A stretch of 64,000 nt of DNA. It comes from Patescibacteria group bacterium (GTDB lineage Bacteria; Patescibacteriota; Microgenomatia; CAYGWK01). This document shows positions 10,554 to 19,609 of the stretch, one piece after another. The stretch's first letter is position 1. Each line of letters opens with the position of its first letter. The notes beneath the pieces were generated by a model, which made no database searches, was not told the origin of the DNA, and worked only from the letters and a program-made list of their open reading frames with translations. The DNA lies in the NCBI GenBank assembly GCA_049322615.1, contig JBMORX010000001.1, positions 6,715 through 70,714 of the forward strand. The letters run 5' to 3'. The translations under genes and the position numbers were made by a program.

Positions 10554-10858
10554 TTTTTCTCCTCCTCTTTTCCGGTTTCGAAAACATCAATTTTTTGTCC
10601 TTCTTTTAGTTTAACAATTGCTTTTTCCCAATTGCCTAAACGATATTCTCTTCTGGTCTTAAGCGCCCGCCGAGTCTTTCCCTTGACAACCATTGTTTTT
10701 ACCTTCTTAACATCTACTCCAAAAACTTTTTTTAATGCTTGAACAATATCTTTCTTTTTGGCGTTTTTGTCTACCTCAAATGTGTATTCACCTTTAGAAG
10801 CAGCCTCAAGCGATTTTTCGGAAATTATTGGTCGTTTTAAAACTAATCCTTGCTCCAT
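10550..10858 (-). CDS. rplW: 50S ribosomal protein L23
   Basis: [19 protein letters not shown]. Confidence 0.95.
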   Translation of the reverse strand: MEQGLVLKRPIISEKSLEAASKGEYTFEVDKNAKKKDIVQALKKVFGVDVKKVKTMVVKGKTRRALKTRREYRLGNWEKAIVKLKEGQKIDVFETGKEEEKK

Positions 10859-11514
10859 TTTTCCTCCATAATTTTAAGCGCTTCTTTGGTGATTAAAATT
10901 TTCCTCGCTTTTAGAATCTCGTAGGTATTTAATAAATTAACCTGGGTAGGTCTTACTCCTTCAATATTTCTGGTAGCAAGAATAACATCTTCAACTGATT
11001 CAGGTAGAACAACTAAAATTTTTAATTTTGCTTTGCCCGCCTGTCGGCGAGGCAGGTCATTTTTCATTTTTAATTTTAAATTTTTAATTATCTTTAACAT
11101 CTCTTTTGTCTTTTTCACTTTTTCAAGTCCTTCAACAACCACTATTTCTTTGTCTGAAGCTTTGCTGGATAAGGCAGAGATAATGGCAGCTCGGCGCATT
11201 TTTTTAGGCAAAGTCATTTGGTAATTCTCAAGTCCGGTTGGTCCATGTGCCTTGCCGCCACCGACAAAAATCGGAGCCGAGCGGGCCCCATGCCTTGCCC
11301 GACCAGTTCCCTTTTGGCGAAACCATTTTGCTTTTGTCCTTGAAACTTGAGCGCGGGTTTTGGCTTTTGCCCGAGCTTTCCGTTGGTTACTCAAATAGAC
11401 CCTTACTGCTTGAGCCAAAAGAGATGGGTTTATCTTTGCCCCAAAAATTTTTTTGGGCAGGGAAATTTTTGGTTTTTTTGTTCCTGATAAAGTTATTACC
11501 TCGGCATAAATCAT
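10843..11514 (-). CDS. rplD: 50S ribosomal protein L4
   Basis: [19 protein letters not shown]. Confidence 0.97.
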   Translation of the reverse strand: MIYAEVITLSGTKKPKISLPKKIFGAKINPSLLAQAVRVYLSNQRKARAKAKTRAQVSRTKAKWFRQKGTGRARHGARSAPIFVGGGKAHGPTGLENYQMTLPKKMRRAAIISALSSKASDKEIVVVEGLEKVKKTKEMLKIIKNLKLKMKNDLPRRQAGKAKLKILVVLPESVEDVILATRNIEGVRPTQVNLLNTYEILKARKILITKEALKIMEEKWSKD

Positions 11515-12188
11515 ACTTTTTCCTCCTCACCTTTCTCTGGGCTCTCCATTTCTTTCTGCACCCTCTGCCTTGCAGGTTTCTTAATAATCAAAAGCCCCTT
11601 TTTTGCTCCAGGAACCAAACCCTTAACTAAAAGTAGATTTTTCTCAGGCAAAACTTCAAAAACTTGCAAATTCCGCACTGTTACCCTTGCCCCACCCATT
11701 CTTCCAGCCATTTTCTTACCTTTTAAAACTCTTCCTGGAGTGGTGGTTGAGCCAATTGAGCCTGGAGCCCTTTCTCTGTCTGACTGACCATGAGTTTTAG
11801 GTCCTCCGGCAAATCCCCATCTTTTAACCACCCCGGCAAAACCTTTGCCTTTGGAAGTGCCCGTAACATCAACAATATCTCCAGGTTTTAAAACATCCCC
11901 AACTTTAATCTCATCCCCAACTTTAAGATTAGCGCTGATTTCCTGCTGATTAGCGCTGACTTCTCGCAAAAAGCGGGGGATAATTTTTAACCCCGCTTTT
12001 TTTATGTGCCCTAAAATTGGTTTCTTGGTCTTTTTTTCTTTTTTTTCACCAAATCCAAGCTGAACTGAATCTTTTTTAATTTGAACCACGAAACAGGGAC
12101 CAGCCTGAATTTGGCTTACTGGGATTCGCTCTCCTTCGCTGGTAAATTTTTGCGTTTGTCCTAATTTTATTCCTAAAATCGTATCCAT
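11511..12188 (-). CDS. rplC: 50S ribosomal protein L3
   Basis: GTSKGKGFAGVVKRW, RAPGSIG, KGKKMAG. Confidence 0.97.
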   Translation of the reverse strand: MDTILGIKLGQTQKFTSEGERIPVSQIQAGPCFVVQIKKDSVQLGFGEKKEKKTKKPILGHIKKAGLKIIPRFLREVSANQQEISANLKVGDEIKVGDVLKPGDIVDVTGTSKGKGFAGVVKRWGFAGGPKTHGQSDRERAPGSIGSTTTPGRVLKGKKMAGRMGGARVTVRNLQVFEVLPEKNLLLVKGLVPGAKKGLLIIKKPARQRVQKEMESPEKGEEEKV

Positions 12189-12223
12189 AAGTTACTTAGG
12201 TTACTTAAGTCACTTAAGTATTA
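12188..12223. repeat. Tandem 9-bp TAAGTNACT array abutting the rplC start codon
   Basis: taagttact taggttact taagtcact taagtatta. Confidence 0.85.
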
Positions 12224-12228
12224 CCCAC

Positions 12229-12354
12229 CAAAAAAGTGCCAGGAGGCACTTCTCTTGAAAACTTGTGCCAAGCCGAAAAACCTCTTTTTAATCGGGTGAA
12301 TTCACCTCCATTTCAATTAGGAAATATTATACTAAAAAGGAAGGTAAGATGCAA
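12229..12354 (-). promoter_or_regulatory. Probable rplC-operon promoter and leader hairpin/attenuator
   Basis: Minus strand TTGCAT...TATAAT (~12325-12354), then hairpin AAGTGCC-TCCT-GGCACTT followed by a U-run. Confidence 0.5.
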
Positions 12355-12373
12355 ATGAAGAATTGGGTATTAC

Positions 12374-12395
12374 AAAAAATGGCGCGGTCGCGCCA
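12374..12395 (-). terminator. Intrinsic terminator downstream of the displaced rpsJ end
   Basis: TGGCGCG-AC-CGCGCCA followed by TTTTTT on the minus strand. Confidence 0.55.
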
Positions 12396-12421
12396 AAATA
12401 TGTAATATTGCGATGGAAAAC

Positions 12422-12451
12422 CTACATCTTGATTTCGATGTCGACGCCTGC
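12422..12451 (-). repeat. Duplicate of the last 30 bp of rpsJ (att-like scar)
   Basis: 27/30 identical to 12532-12561; both read AGVDIEIKM*. Confidence 0.85.
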
Positions 12452-12531
12452 CCCAGTATAGTCTTACCACTCGCCTTTTCAGTATTATTCATACACGGCT
12501 CGTGGAGCGACCTTTGCGGGGCAATCGGCGT

Positions 12532-12840
12532 CTACATTTTGATCTCAATGTCGACGCCTGCAGGGAGATCGAGGTGTTGGAGGGAATCAATGGTTTTTTC
12601 CGTAGGTTCTAAAATATCAATTAAGCGCTTGTGAGTGAGAATTTCAAAATGTTCCCGGGCATCTTTGTCAGTATGAGGAGAAGTGGTAACGCAGATTAAT
12701 TTTCTCTGGGTTGGTAAGGGGATGGGTCCGGAAATTTTGGCACCTGAGGCTAGAGCCGCCTCCAAAATTTTTGAAGCGGCTTCATCAATAACCCGGTGAT
12801 CGTAAGATTTTAAACGTACTCTAATTCTTCCTTTAGGCAT
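12532..12840 (-). CDS. rpsJ: 30S ribosomal protein S10 (start at ATG 12840)
   Basis: [36 protein letters not shown]. Confidence 0.97.
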   Translation of the reverse strand: MPKGRIRVRLKSYDHRVIDEAASKILEAALASGAKISGPIPLPTQRKLICVTTSPHTDKDAREHFEILTHKRLIDILEPTEKTIDSLQHLDLPAGVDIEIKM

Positions 12841-12849
12841 ATAATTTAA

Positions 12850-12917
12850 AGGGGTGGGGATGAGAAATGGGAAGTGGGTAAGATAAATCTCACCTCTCAC
12901 CTCTCACCCTCACCCCA
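12850..12917. repeat. Hairpin built from ~7-bp purine units and CTCACCT units
   Basis: ggggtgggatgagaaatgggaagtggg...ctcacctctcacctctcaccctcacccc. Confidence 0.6.
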
Positions 12918-12928
12918 AATTGTCAAAC

Positions 12929-14128
12929 TTAGGAAATTACTTTGGAAATCACCCCAGCCCCAACTGTGTGTCCGCCTTCCCGAATAGCAAATCTTAATCC
13001 TTCTTCCATTGCCACTGGTTGAATTAACTTTACCTTCATCTTGGCATTATCCCCTGGCATAACCATTTCTACCCCCGAGGGCAGAGTGGTTTCTCCAGTA
13101 ACGTCAGTAGTTCTGATATAAAACTGGGGTCTGTACCCGGTGAAGAAAGGAGTGTGTCTTCCTCCCTCTTCTTTGGTTAAAATATAAACTTCAGCCTCAA
13201 ATTCGGTGTGAGGAGTAATTGTCCCAGGCTTTGCTAAAACCTGACCCCGCTCAACATCATCTTTTTCAATTCCCCGAAGTAAAACTCCAATATTGTCTCC
13301 TGCCTGACCTTCGTCCAATGACTTTCTAAACATCTCAATCCCGGTGACAACTGTCTTTTTGGTTGGTCTAATTCCCACAATTTCAATCTCATCATTTAAC
13401 TTTACCTTACCTCGTTCAACCCGACCGGTAACGACTGTTCCCCGACCTTTAATTGAGAAAACATCCTCAATTGGCATTAAAAATGGCTTATCCAAATCTC
13501 GAGTAGGGGTTGGAATATTCTCATCAACCGCCTTGGTCAAATCCAAAATTGCTTTTTCTGCCTCAGCGTCTCCTTCAAGAGCCTTCAATGCCGAACCGCG
13601 AATAATCGGAATTTTATCCCCTGGAAACTGATATTTAGTCAAAAGTTCCCTAATTTCCATCTCAACCAAATCTAAAAGCTCTGGATCGTCAACCATATCA
13701 ACTTTATTTAAGAAAACGACAATTGCCGGAACATTTACCTGGCGAGCCAAAAGAATATGTTCTCGGGTTTGAGGCATTGGTCCATCAGGAGCGGAAACGA
13801 CCAAAATTGCGCCATCCATCTGGGCCGCTCCGGTAATCATGTTTTTGACAAAGTCCGCATGTCCCGGACAGTCAATATGAGCATAGTGGCGATTATCGGT
13901 CTCGTATTCGGAATGATGAATGTTAATAGTTACCCCGCGTTCTTTTTCTTCTGGAGCATTGTCAATGTCATAGAAATCCAAGGCTTTGGTTTTATTACCT
14001 GGCTGCTTTGATAAAACGTGGGTAATGGCGGCGGTTAGAGTAGTTTTTCCGTGGTCAACGTGACCAATCGTCCCAATGTTTAAATGGGGTTTGGTTCTTT
14101 CAAATTTTGCTTTTGCTGTTTCTGCCAT
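12929..14128 (-). CDS. tuf: Elongation factor Tu
   Basis: [37 protein letters not shown]. Confidence 0.99.
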   Translation of the reverse strand: MAETAKAKFERTKPHLNIGTIGHVDHGKTTLTAAITHVLSKQPGNKTKALDFYDIDNAPEEKERGVTINIHHSEYETDNRHYAHIDCPGHADFVKNMITGAAQMDGAILVVSAPDGPMPQTREHILLARQVNVPAIVVFLNKVDMVDDPELLDLVEMEIRELLTKYQFPGDKIPIIRGSALKALEGDAEAEKAILDLTKAVDENIPTPTRDLDKPFLMPIEDVFSIKGRGTVVTGRVERGKVKLNDEIEIVGIRPTKKTVVTGIEMFRKSLDEGQAGDNIGVLLRGIEKDDVERGQVLAKPGTITPHTEFEAEVYILTKEEGGRHTPFFTGYRPQFYIRTTDVTGETTLPSGVEMVMPGDNAKMKVKLIQPVAMEEGLRFAIREGGHTVGAGVISKVIS

Positions 14129-14257
14129 ATTTTTTGAGTTAAAAAAGAGGTCTAAACCTCAAATCTTTTTGTATTTTACAGGCTTATTTTACAGATGTCA
14201 AGCCCCGATTGCAAATCGGTGTATAAGTTAAGTCAAGCACCTTATTTGTAACTTCTT

Positions 14258-14285
14258 TGTATCATTGTCATAGTACAATAGTACA
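14258..14285. promoter_or_regulatory. Operator-like palindrome, copy 1 (core TGTACTATGACA on minus strand)
   Basis: Matches 17919-17946 and 18481-18508. Confidence 0.65.
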
Positions 14286-14437
14286 AAAACTCGGCTTTAC
14301 ATGAGTATTTTCTCCCATGCCTTAATAAGTAGAAAGTCAAATCTGAGTAATCCCCAACCTTAGAGGTTGAATCTTATTCTCTATAACTTCTATAACTTGA
14401 TTTCAATCACCTTTCTTGTTATAATTTCTCCTCTAAT

Positions 14438-15042
14438 ATGTCCAATATGTCCACGGAAAGAGTTACTGATAATCAAAAAGATCAAAGAGTTCAGCAAGAA
14501 ATAGCCGATATTATGGCGTTAACTCCGTCTGGATCTAGGAAAGAGAGGCTGCAAAGAGGTGCAGAAATGGCTCAACTGTATGCTAGGCTTAGACAAAATT
14601 GAAGCAGGTTTCTGACCCTACAATTGCTCACCTAGCTTTAGGGGGACATCGTTTAGCAATGACAGAATTTGACAGGAGACTTGACGAAGGAAGAATCTTT
14701 CCGTTAGATGTATTGTTTGAAGCCGCAATGCCTCTTGCATCAAGCTCTTTAGTAACTAAAGGAGATAAGAGATTATATAAGCGGATAGTTGACGCCATTG
14801 AAAGACATGCACCAAGTGCCCCTCTTGAAGAAGTAGTGAATGCATTTGAAAAGTATGCAGGAAGCCAATTAGATCTAAACGTTGACCTTTTAGATGTTTT
14901 ATTAAGTTGTAGAGATGATGCCGACACTATTGTTTCGGCAGTTATAGCAAGCGCATCAGATAAAAAGTTTTTAATTTTAGATATGGAGCAGAGAAAAATA
15001 AGAGCGGGGATAATCCGAGACAGAAGGAAGAATAAGGTTTAG
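14438..15042 (+). CDS. Hypothetical protein: a 54-aa ORF (14438-14602) overlapping a 147-aa ORF (14599-15042), probably one frameshifted gene
   Basis: TATAAT just upstream of ATG 14438; adding one A in CAAAATTG joins the frames (...LRQKLKQVSD). Confidence 0.55.
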
Positions 15043-15045
15043 CGC

Positions 15046-17154
15046 CTAACTCTTCCTCGCTAAAATTGCTTCTTGAATGTTTTTTGGGACTTCTTCATAA
15101 TGAGAAGGCTCCATATAATAGGCAGCCCGACCTTGGGTTAGAGAACGCAAGGTGGTGGCATAACCGGGAATCTCGGCTAAAGGAACCAAAGCAGTAATAA
15201 CCCTAACTTTCCCTCTTATTTCTGAACCTAAAATTTGGGCTCGGCGAGAAGACAAATCGCCAATGACTGTTCCCATAAATTCTTCAGGAGTGGTCACCTC
15301 AAGCTTCATAATTGGTTCAAGTAAAGTTGGCTCTGCTTGTTTGACCGCCGACTGTAAAGCCATACTTCCAGCAATCTTAAAGGCGATTTCTGATGAGTCA
15401 ACTTCATGGAATGTTCCATCATAAACCGCCACTTTCATATCAACTAAAGGATAGCCAATCAAAACCCCATTTTCCATTGCCTCCCGGGCTCCTTTTTCAA
15501 TTGCCGGAATAAATTCTGAAGGAATAGCCCCACCTTTAATTTCTGACTTAAATTCGCAGCCTTCACCCCTGCCTTTTGGTTCAACCCGCAAGAAACAATG
15601 ACCATATTGTCCTCGCCCACCAGTCTGTCTAATATATTTCCCTTCAGCGAAGGCTTTCTTTTTAATCGTTTCTTTATAGGCAACTTGGGGACTACCTGTA
15701 GTTGCTCCGACGCCAAACTCTCGTTTCATCCGATCAACAATAATCTCTAAATGTAATTCTCCCATCCCGGAAATTATTGTTTGTCCGGTCTCTGGGTCAG
15801 ATTTTATCTTGAAGGTTGGGTCTTCTTCAGAAAGTCGACCTAAAGCATAGCCTAATTTTTCCTGATCAGCCCGAGTTTTTGGTTCAATCGCCAAAGAAAT
15901 AACCGGTTCGGGAAATTTAATTGACTCCAAAATTATCGGATGAGCGGGATCAGCCAGAGTATCCCCAGTGGTCGTCTTAACCAGTCCGATAGCGGCGACA
16001 ATTTCCCCAGCAAAAACTTGGGAGATTTCTTCACGTTTATTGGCATGCATTAAAAGAAGTCTGCCAACTCTTTCCGGCTCGTGCCTGGTAACATTCAAAA
16101 GACTTGTGCCAGACTTAAGTGTTCCTGAATAAATCCGCAGATATGTCAGTTTTCCTACATGGGGATCAGTTTGAATCTTAAAAGCCAAAGCGGAAAAAGG
16201 CTCCTCGTTTTTGGGCTGGCGGGCTTCTTTCGAGTTTGTTTTTGGATTTATTCCCGAAACTGGCGGAACATCTAAGGGCGAAGGCAGAAAATCTACGACC
16301 CCATCCAAAAGTGGCTGAACTCCTTTATTACGAAGAGAGCTTCCACAGTAGATTGGCACAAGGCGAGAGGAGATAGTGGCTTTTCTAAGCGTCGCTTTCA
16401 AATCAGCCAAAGGCGGTTCCTCTCCCTTGAGGAATTTTTCAATTAAAGCTTCATCTTCTGAGCAAATTTCCTCAACCAGTTTTTTGCGAGCCTCTTCAAC
16501 CTCTTTTTCCATCTCCGCAGGAATTTCTTTCTCGGAAAATTTCACCCCTGATTCGTCCTGATCCCAAATTAAGGCTTTTTTCTCCAAAAGCAAAACCACA
16601 CCGCAAAAATCTTGTTCTTTGCCAATCGGTAAAGTTAAAACAGCGGGTTTTGCTCCAAGCCTGTCTTTAATCATCTCAATCGTTCGAGGAAAATTTGCTC
16701 CAAGTTTATCCATCTTATTGACGAAAACGAGCCTGGGAACATTATATTTTGAGGCTTGATGCCAAACAGTTTCCGACTGTGATTGAACTCCTTCTTCGGC
16801 ATCAAAGACAACCACTCCACCGTCTAAAACGCGGAGTGACCGTTCGACTTCGGCCGTAAAATCAACATGACCAGGGGTGTCAATAATATTTATTCTAGTA
16901 TCTTTCCAAAAGGTTGTCACTGCGGCGGAAACAATCGTAATTCCTCGCTCTCTCTCTTGAGCCATCCAGTCAGTAACCGTTGTTCCCTCATCAATATTCC
17001 CCAGTTTATAAGTTCGACCAGTATAAAAGAGAATCCGCTCGGTCGTCGTCGTTTTTCCAGCATCAATATGGGCAATAATGCCAATATTGCGAACTTTTTC
17101 AAGCGGGACAACTCTTTCTTTAGTGATTTCAATTTTAGGAACTTGTTGAGCCAT
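15046..17154 (-). CDS. fusA: Elongation factor G
   Basis: [37 protein letters not shown]. Confidence 0.99.
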   Translation of the reverse strand: MAQQVPKIEITKERVVPLEKVRNIGIIAHIDAGKTTTTERILFYTGRTYKLGNIDEGTTVTDWMAQERERGITIVSAAVTTFWKDTRINIIDTPGHVDFTAEVERSLRVLDGGVVVFDAEEGVQSQSETVWHQASKYNVPRLVFVNKMDKLGANFPRTIEMIKDRLGAKPAVLTLPIGKEQDFCGVVLLLEKKALIWDQDESGVKFSEKEIPAEMEKEVEEARKKLVEEICSEDEALIEKFLKGEEPPLADLKATLRKATISSRLVPIYCGSSLRNKGVQPLLDGVVDFLPSPLDVPPVSGINPKTNSKEARQPKNEEPFSALAFKIQTDPHVGKLTYLRIYSGTLKSGTSLLNVTRHEPERVGRLLLMHANKREEISQVFAGEIVAAIGLVKTTTGDTLADPAHPIILESIKFPEPVISLAIEPKTRADQEKLGYALGRLSEEDPTFKIKSDPETGQTIISGMGELHLEIIVDRMKREFGVGATTGSPQVAYKETIKKKAFAEGKYIRQTGGRGQYGHCFLRVEPKGRGEGCEFKSEIKGGAIPSEFIPAIEKGAREAMENGVLIGYPLVDMKVAVYDGTFHEVDSSEIAFKIAGSMALQSAVKQAEPTLLEPIMKLEVTTPEEFMGTVIGDLSSRRAQILGSEIRGKVRVITALVPLAEIPGYATTLRSLTQGRAAYYMEPSHYEEVPKNIQEAILARKS

Positions 17155-17310
17155 AAATATAATCTAAAATTTAAAATGTATAATTGATAATTATTATATC
17201 TAATTTTAAGCGTACAAAAAACTGCTTTTCGCAGTTTTGCCTCGAAAGATATTTTAACAAAAACGAGTTTGTAATTCAACAACTTGAAAATATATGATAT
17301 AATTTAAAAA

Positions 17311-17799
17311 ATGACTAAGGTAATCTTTGATTCCTCTTCTTATCTAAAAAACAGAAAACGAAAGCGACAAATCCTGGCGCTTTTGGTTCTTCTGCCTCTT
17401 CTTTTTGGGTTTAGCCTTTTTTCTAACTTGCCTTTGGTCTTTGGTCATTTCCCCATGCTTATCCACCTCACCCGACCCCAGCCCTCAAAACGGGTTTACC
17501 TGCTTGGTGAACCGGTCACAATCAGTCTTAATATCCAAAATGTCAGTCCAGTCGGTTTTTCCACCCCTGTCTGTGTTCGGGAGATAGTCGCTCGGAAAAG
17601 CTACCATATTGGTTGCGTCCCTGAAGTAACTTTTGCTCCGCTTGACGGTGGAAGTAGGTTTACTTTCGAGGTTAGTCGACCAGCCCAACGTCCTGGCCGC
17701 CATTTAGTCATTTTTTCCTATCGCGATATTTATGGAAATTGGCATGAGATTATGGACTCTGGTCATCACCTCTTAAGGACCTCTTACCGCGTCAACTAA
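17311..17799 (+). CDS. Hypothetical membrane-anchored protein with a beta-rich domain
   Basis: Basic stretch then hydrophobic helix; TATAAT 7 nt before ATG. Confidence 0.65.
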   Translation: MTKVIFDSSSYLKNRKRKRQILALLVLLPLLFGFSLFSNLPLVFGHFPMLIHLTRPQPSKRVYLLGEPVTISLNIQNVSPVGFSTPVCVREIVARKSYHIGCVPEVTFAPLDGGSRFTFEVSRPAQRPGRHLVIFSYRDIYGNWHEIMDSGHHLLRTSYRVN

Positions 17800-17905
17800 G
17801 TTGCCTCTCGCTTTTGAAGTTAAAACTTTCGAAAAATTCCCACCTAAAAGGCTTTACATCTGCGGACACAATTTCGTCCAATAGGATGAGATTATATCGA
17901 CAAAC

Positions 17906-17946
17906 TTGACAAAATTTTTGTATCATTGTACTATGACAGTGATACA
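17906..17946 (+). promoter_or_regulatory. Sigma70 promoter (TTGACA-17-TACTAT) overlapped by operator palindrome copy 2
   Basis: ttgaca 17906-17911, tactat 17929-17934, tgtatcattgt-actatg-acagtgataca 17919-17946. Confidence 0.75.
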
Positions 17947-17949
17947 AAC

Positions 17950-18474
17950 ATGGGAAGAACAACTTACTATCCAAGAATTAAAAGAATTGAAAAACTAAAA
18001 AGAGAAGAGATTTTGGAATTGATGTTTGACTTACTTAATGCCTTTCGCCTAGTGAATTCGCCCCTTGAGACGGCTTTTTTAATCCAAGATCTTTTAACTG
18101 CCAATGAAATTAAAAATTTAGCCAAAAGACTTCGTATCGCCAAACTTTTATTGGAAGACAAAACCCAAAGAGAGATTGCCCAGGAAGTCAAAGTAAGCTT
18201 GGCGACGGTCACCAAAGTTAATTTGTGGCTGATGCAGGGAGGAGAAGGATTCAAAAGAGTAATCTCAAAACTGCCAAAAAAATACCAAATACCAAAAAAA
18301 CTGCCGCCGCGACCACTAACTTTTAATCTTCCGGAAACTCTTTTAATTTTGGCTTCTTATGGTTTAGCCAAAAGACAGGAGAAAAATTTGGAAAAATTCC
18401 TTCAAGGAGTTGAAAATAAACAAATCCTTGATAGAAACCTTCGCGAAGTCTTTGATGAAGAATTCAGAAAATAA
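17950..18474 (+). CDS. TrpR-like / YerC-YecD family DNA-binding protein
   Basis: DLLTANEIKNLAKRLRIAKLL...TQREIAQEVKVSLATVTKV HTH. Confidence 0.85.
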   Translation: MGRTTYYPRIKRIEKLKREEILELMFDLLNAFRLVNSPLETAFLIQDLLTANEIKNLAKRLRIAKLLLEDKTQREIAQEVKVSLATVTKVNLWLMQGGEGFKRVISKLPKKYQIPKKLPPRPLTFNLPETLLILASYGLAKRQEKNLEKFLQGVENKQILDRNLREVFDEEFRK

Positions 18475-18480
18475 CTCTTC

Positions 18481-18508
18481 TGTACTACTGTACTATGACA
18501 ATAGTACA
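18481..18508. promoter_or_regulatory. Operator-like palindrome, copy 3
   Basis: tgtactactgtactatgacaatagtaca. Confidence 0.65.
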
Positions 18509-18550
18509 AGGAGGTAACAAGATAAAGTGAAAAAATCTAAACCAGGAAAA

Positions 18551-19030
18551 TTACCAACGAAAGTGAGCAAAGGCTTTGTTGGCTTCTGCCATCCGGTGGG
18601 TATCTTCTTTCTTTTTAACCGCCCCACCAGTGCCGTTTGAAGCGTCAATGATTTCTCCAGAGAGTTTTTCGGAAAAAGTAGGGAATTCCTTTGGGGAACG
18701 CTTTTGGGCAGCCTTAATTAACCAACGGATTGCCAGGGTTTCTTTTCTTTCTCCCCGAACTGGCATTGGCACTTGATAGGCTGCCCCCCCAATCCTTCTT
18801 GGCCGGACCTCCATCTGGGGTTTAATATTCTCCAAAGCCTGATTGAAGACAACTATTGGGTCTTTTTTTGTTTTCTCTCTCACCAGTTCAAAAGCCTGAT
18901 AGATTTGTTTTTGGGCAACAGATTTTTTTCCTGATTTCATTGTTCGGTTTATCAACTTCGCCACCAATTTTGACCCAAAGAGCGGCTCTTCTGCGATTTG
19001 TCTTTTTTTAACTTTCTTGTGCCGTGGCAT
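18551..19030 (-). CDS. rpsG: 30S ribosomal protein S7
   Basis: [30 protein letters not shown]. Confidence 0.98.
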   Translation of the reverse strand: MPRHKKVKKRQIAEEPLFGSKLVAKLINRTMKSGKKSVAQKQIYQAFELVREKTKKDPIVVFNQALENIKPQMEVRPRRIGGAAYQVPMPVRGERKETLAIRWLIKAAQKRSPKEFPTFSEKLSGEIIDASNGTGGAVKKKEDTHRMAEANKAFAHFRW

Positions 19031-19502
19031 TTTCTCCTCCCTCTGGTTTTGGCTCTTCCCTAACTACAGTGGTTACTCCAACTGGCGCAACCACTCCAGA
19101 TTTTTTCGTCCCGTAGCGAGAACGACCTTTTTTGCGACCCAAAACTCCGGTCGTGTCGTATTTGCCCCTAACGATATGATATTTAACTCCAGGCAAATCC
19201 TTAACTCTACCGCCCCGAACTAAAACAATCGAGTGTTCTGCTAACTCATGACCAATTCCGGGAATATAAGCGGTTACTTCTTGCTTGTTCGAAAGCCTAA
19301 CCCGGGCAACCTTGCGAAGAGCGGAATTTGGTTTCTTGGGAGTCACGGTTTTCACCAGAAGGACGACTCCCTTCTTAAAAGGGCTTTTGAGTTCTTTCAT
19401 TCGTCTTTGCCTGGCATTAAAATATCTCCGCAAAGCTCCAGCCCGAAATTTCTTTTTAATTTTTTTTCTGCCTTTTCTTGTAAGTTGGAATATTGTTGGC
19501 AT
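19008..19502 (-). CDS. rpsL: 30S ribosomal protein S12 with C-terminal extension
   Basis: [25 protein letters not shown]. Confidence 0.98.
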   Translation of the reverse strand: MPTIFQLTRKGRKKIKKKFRAGALRRYFNARQRRMKELKSPFKKGVVLLVKTVTPKKPNSALRKVARVRLSNKQEVTAYIPGIGHELAEHSIVLVRGGRVKDLPGVKYHIVRGKYDTTGVLGRKKGRSRYGTKKSGVVAPVGVTTVVREEPKPEGGENATAQES

Positions 19503-19609
19503 AATTTAAGTAGGGGTAATAGTCATTAGTAACTCGTTATTAGTAAATTACTAATTACTAATAACATAAAACTTCTACTTTCTACTCTCAATTCTATCAC
19601 AATTTAGGT

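Noticed and set aside
12455-12531. GAGCCGTGTATG as group II intron domain V
   Set aside because: The rest of the domain V stem and GNRA loop is missing, and there is no RT gene.
17797-17895. Short minus-strand ORF with a TATAAT upstream
   Set aside because: About 30 codons, TTG start, no recognisable motif; cannot be supported.
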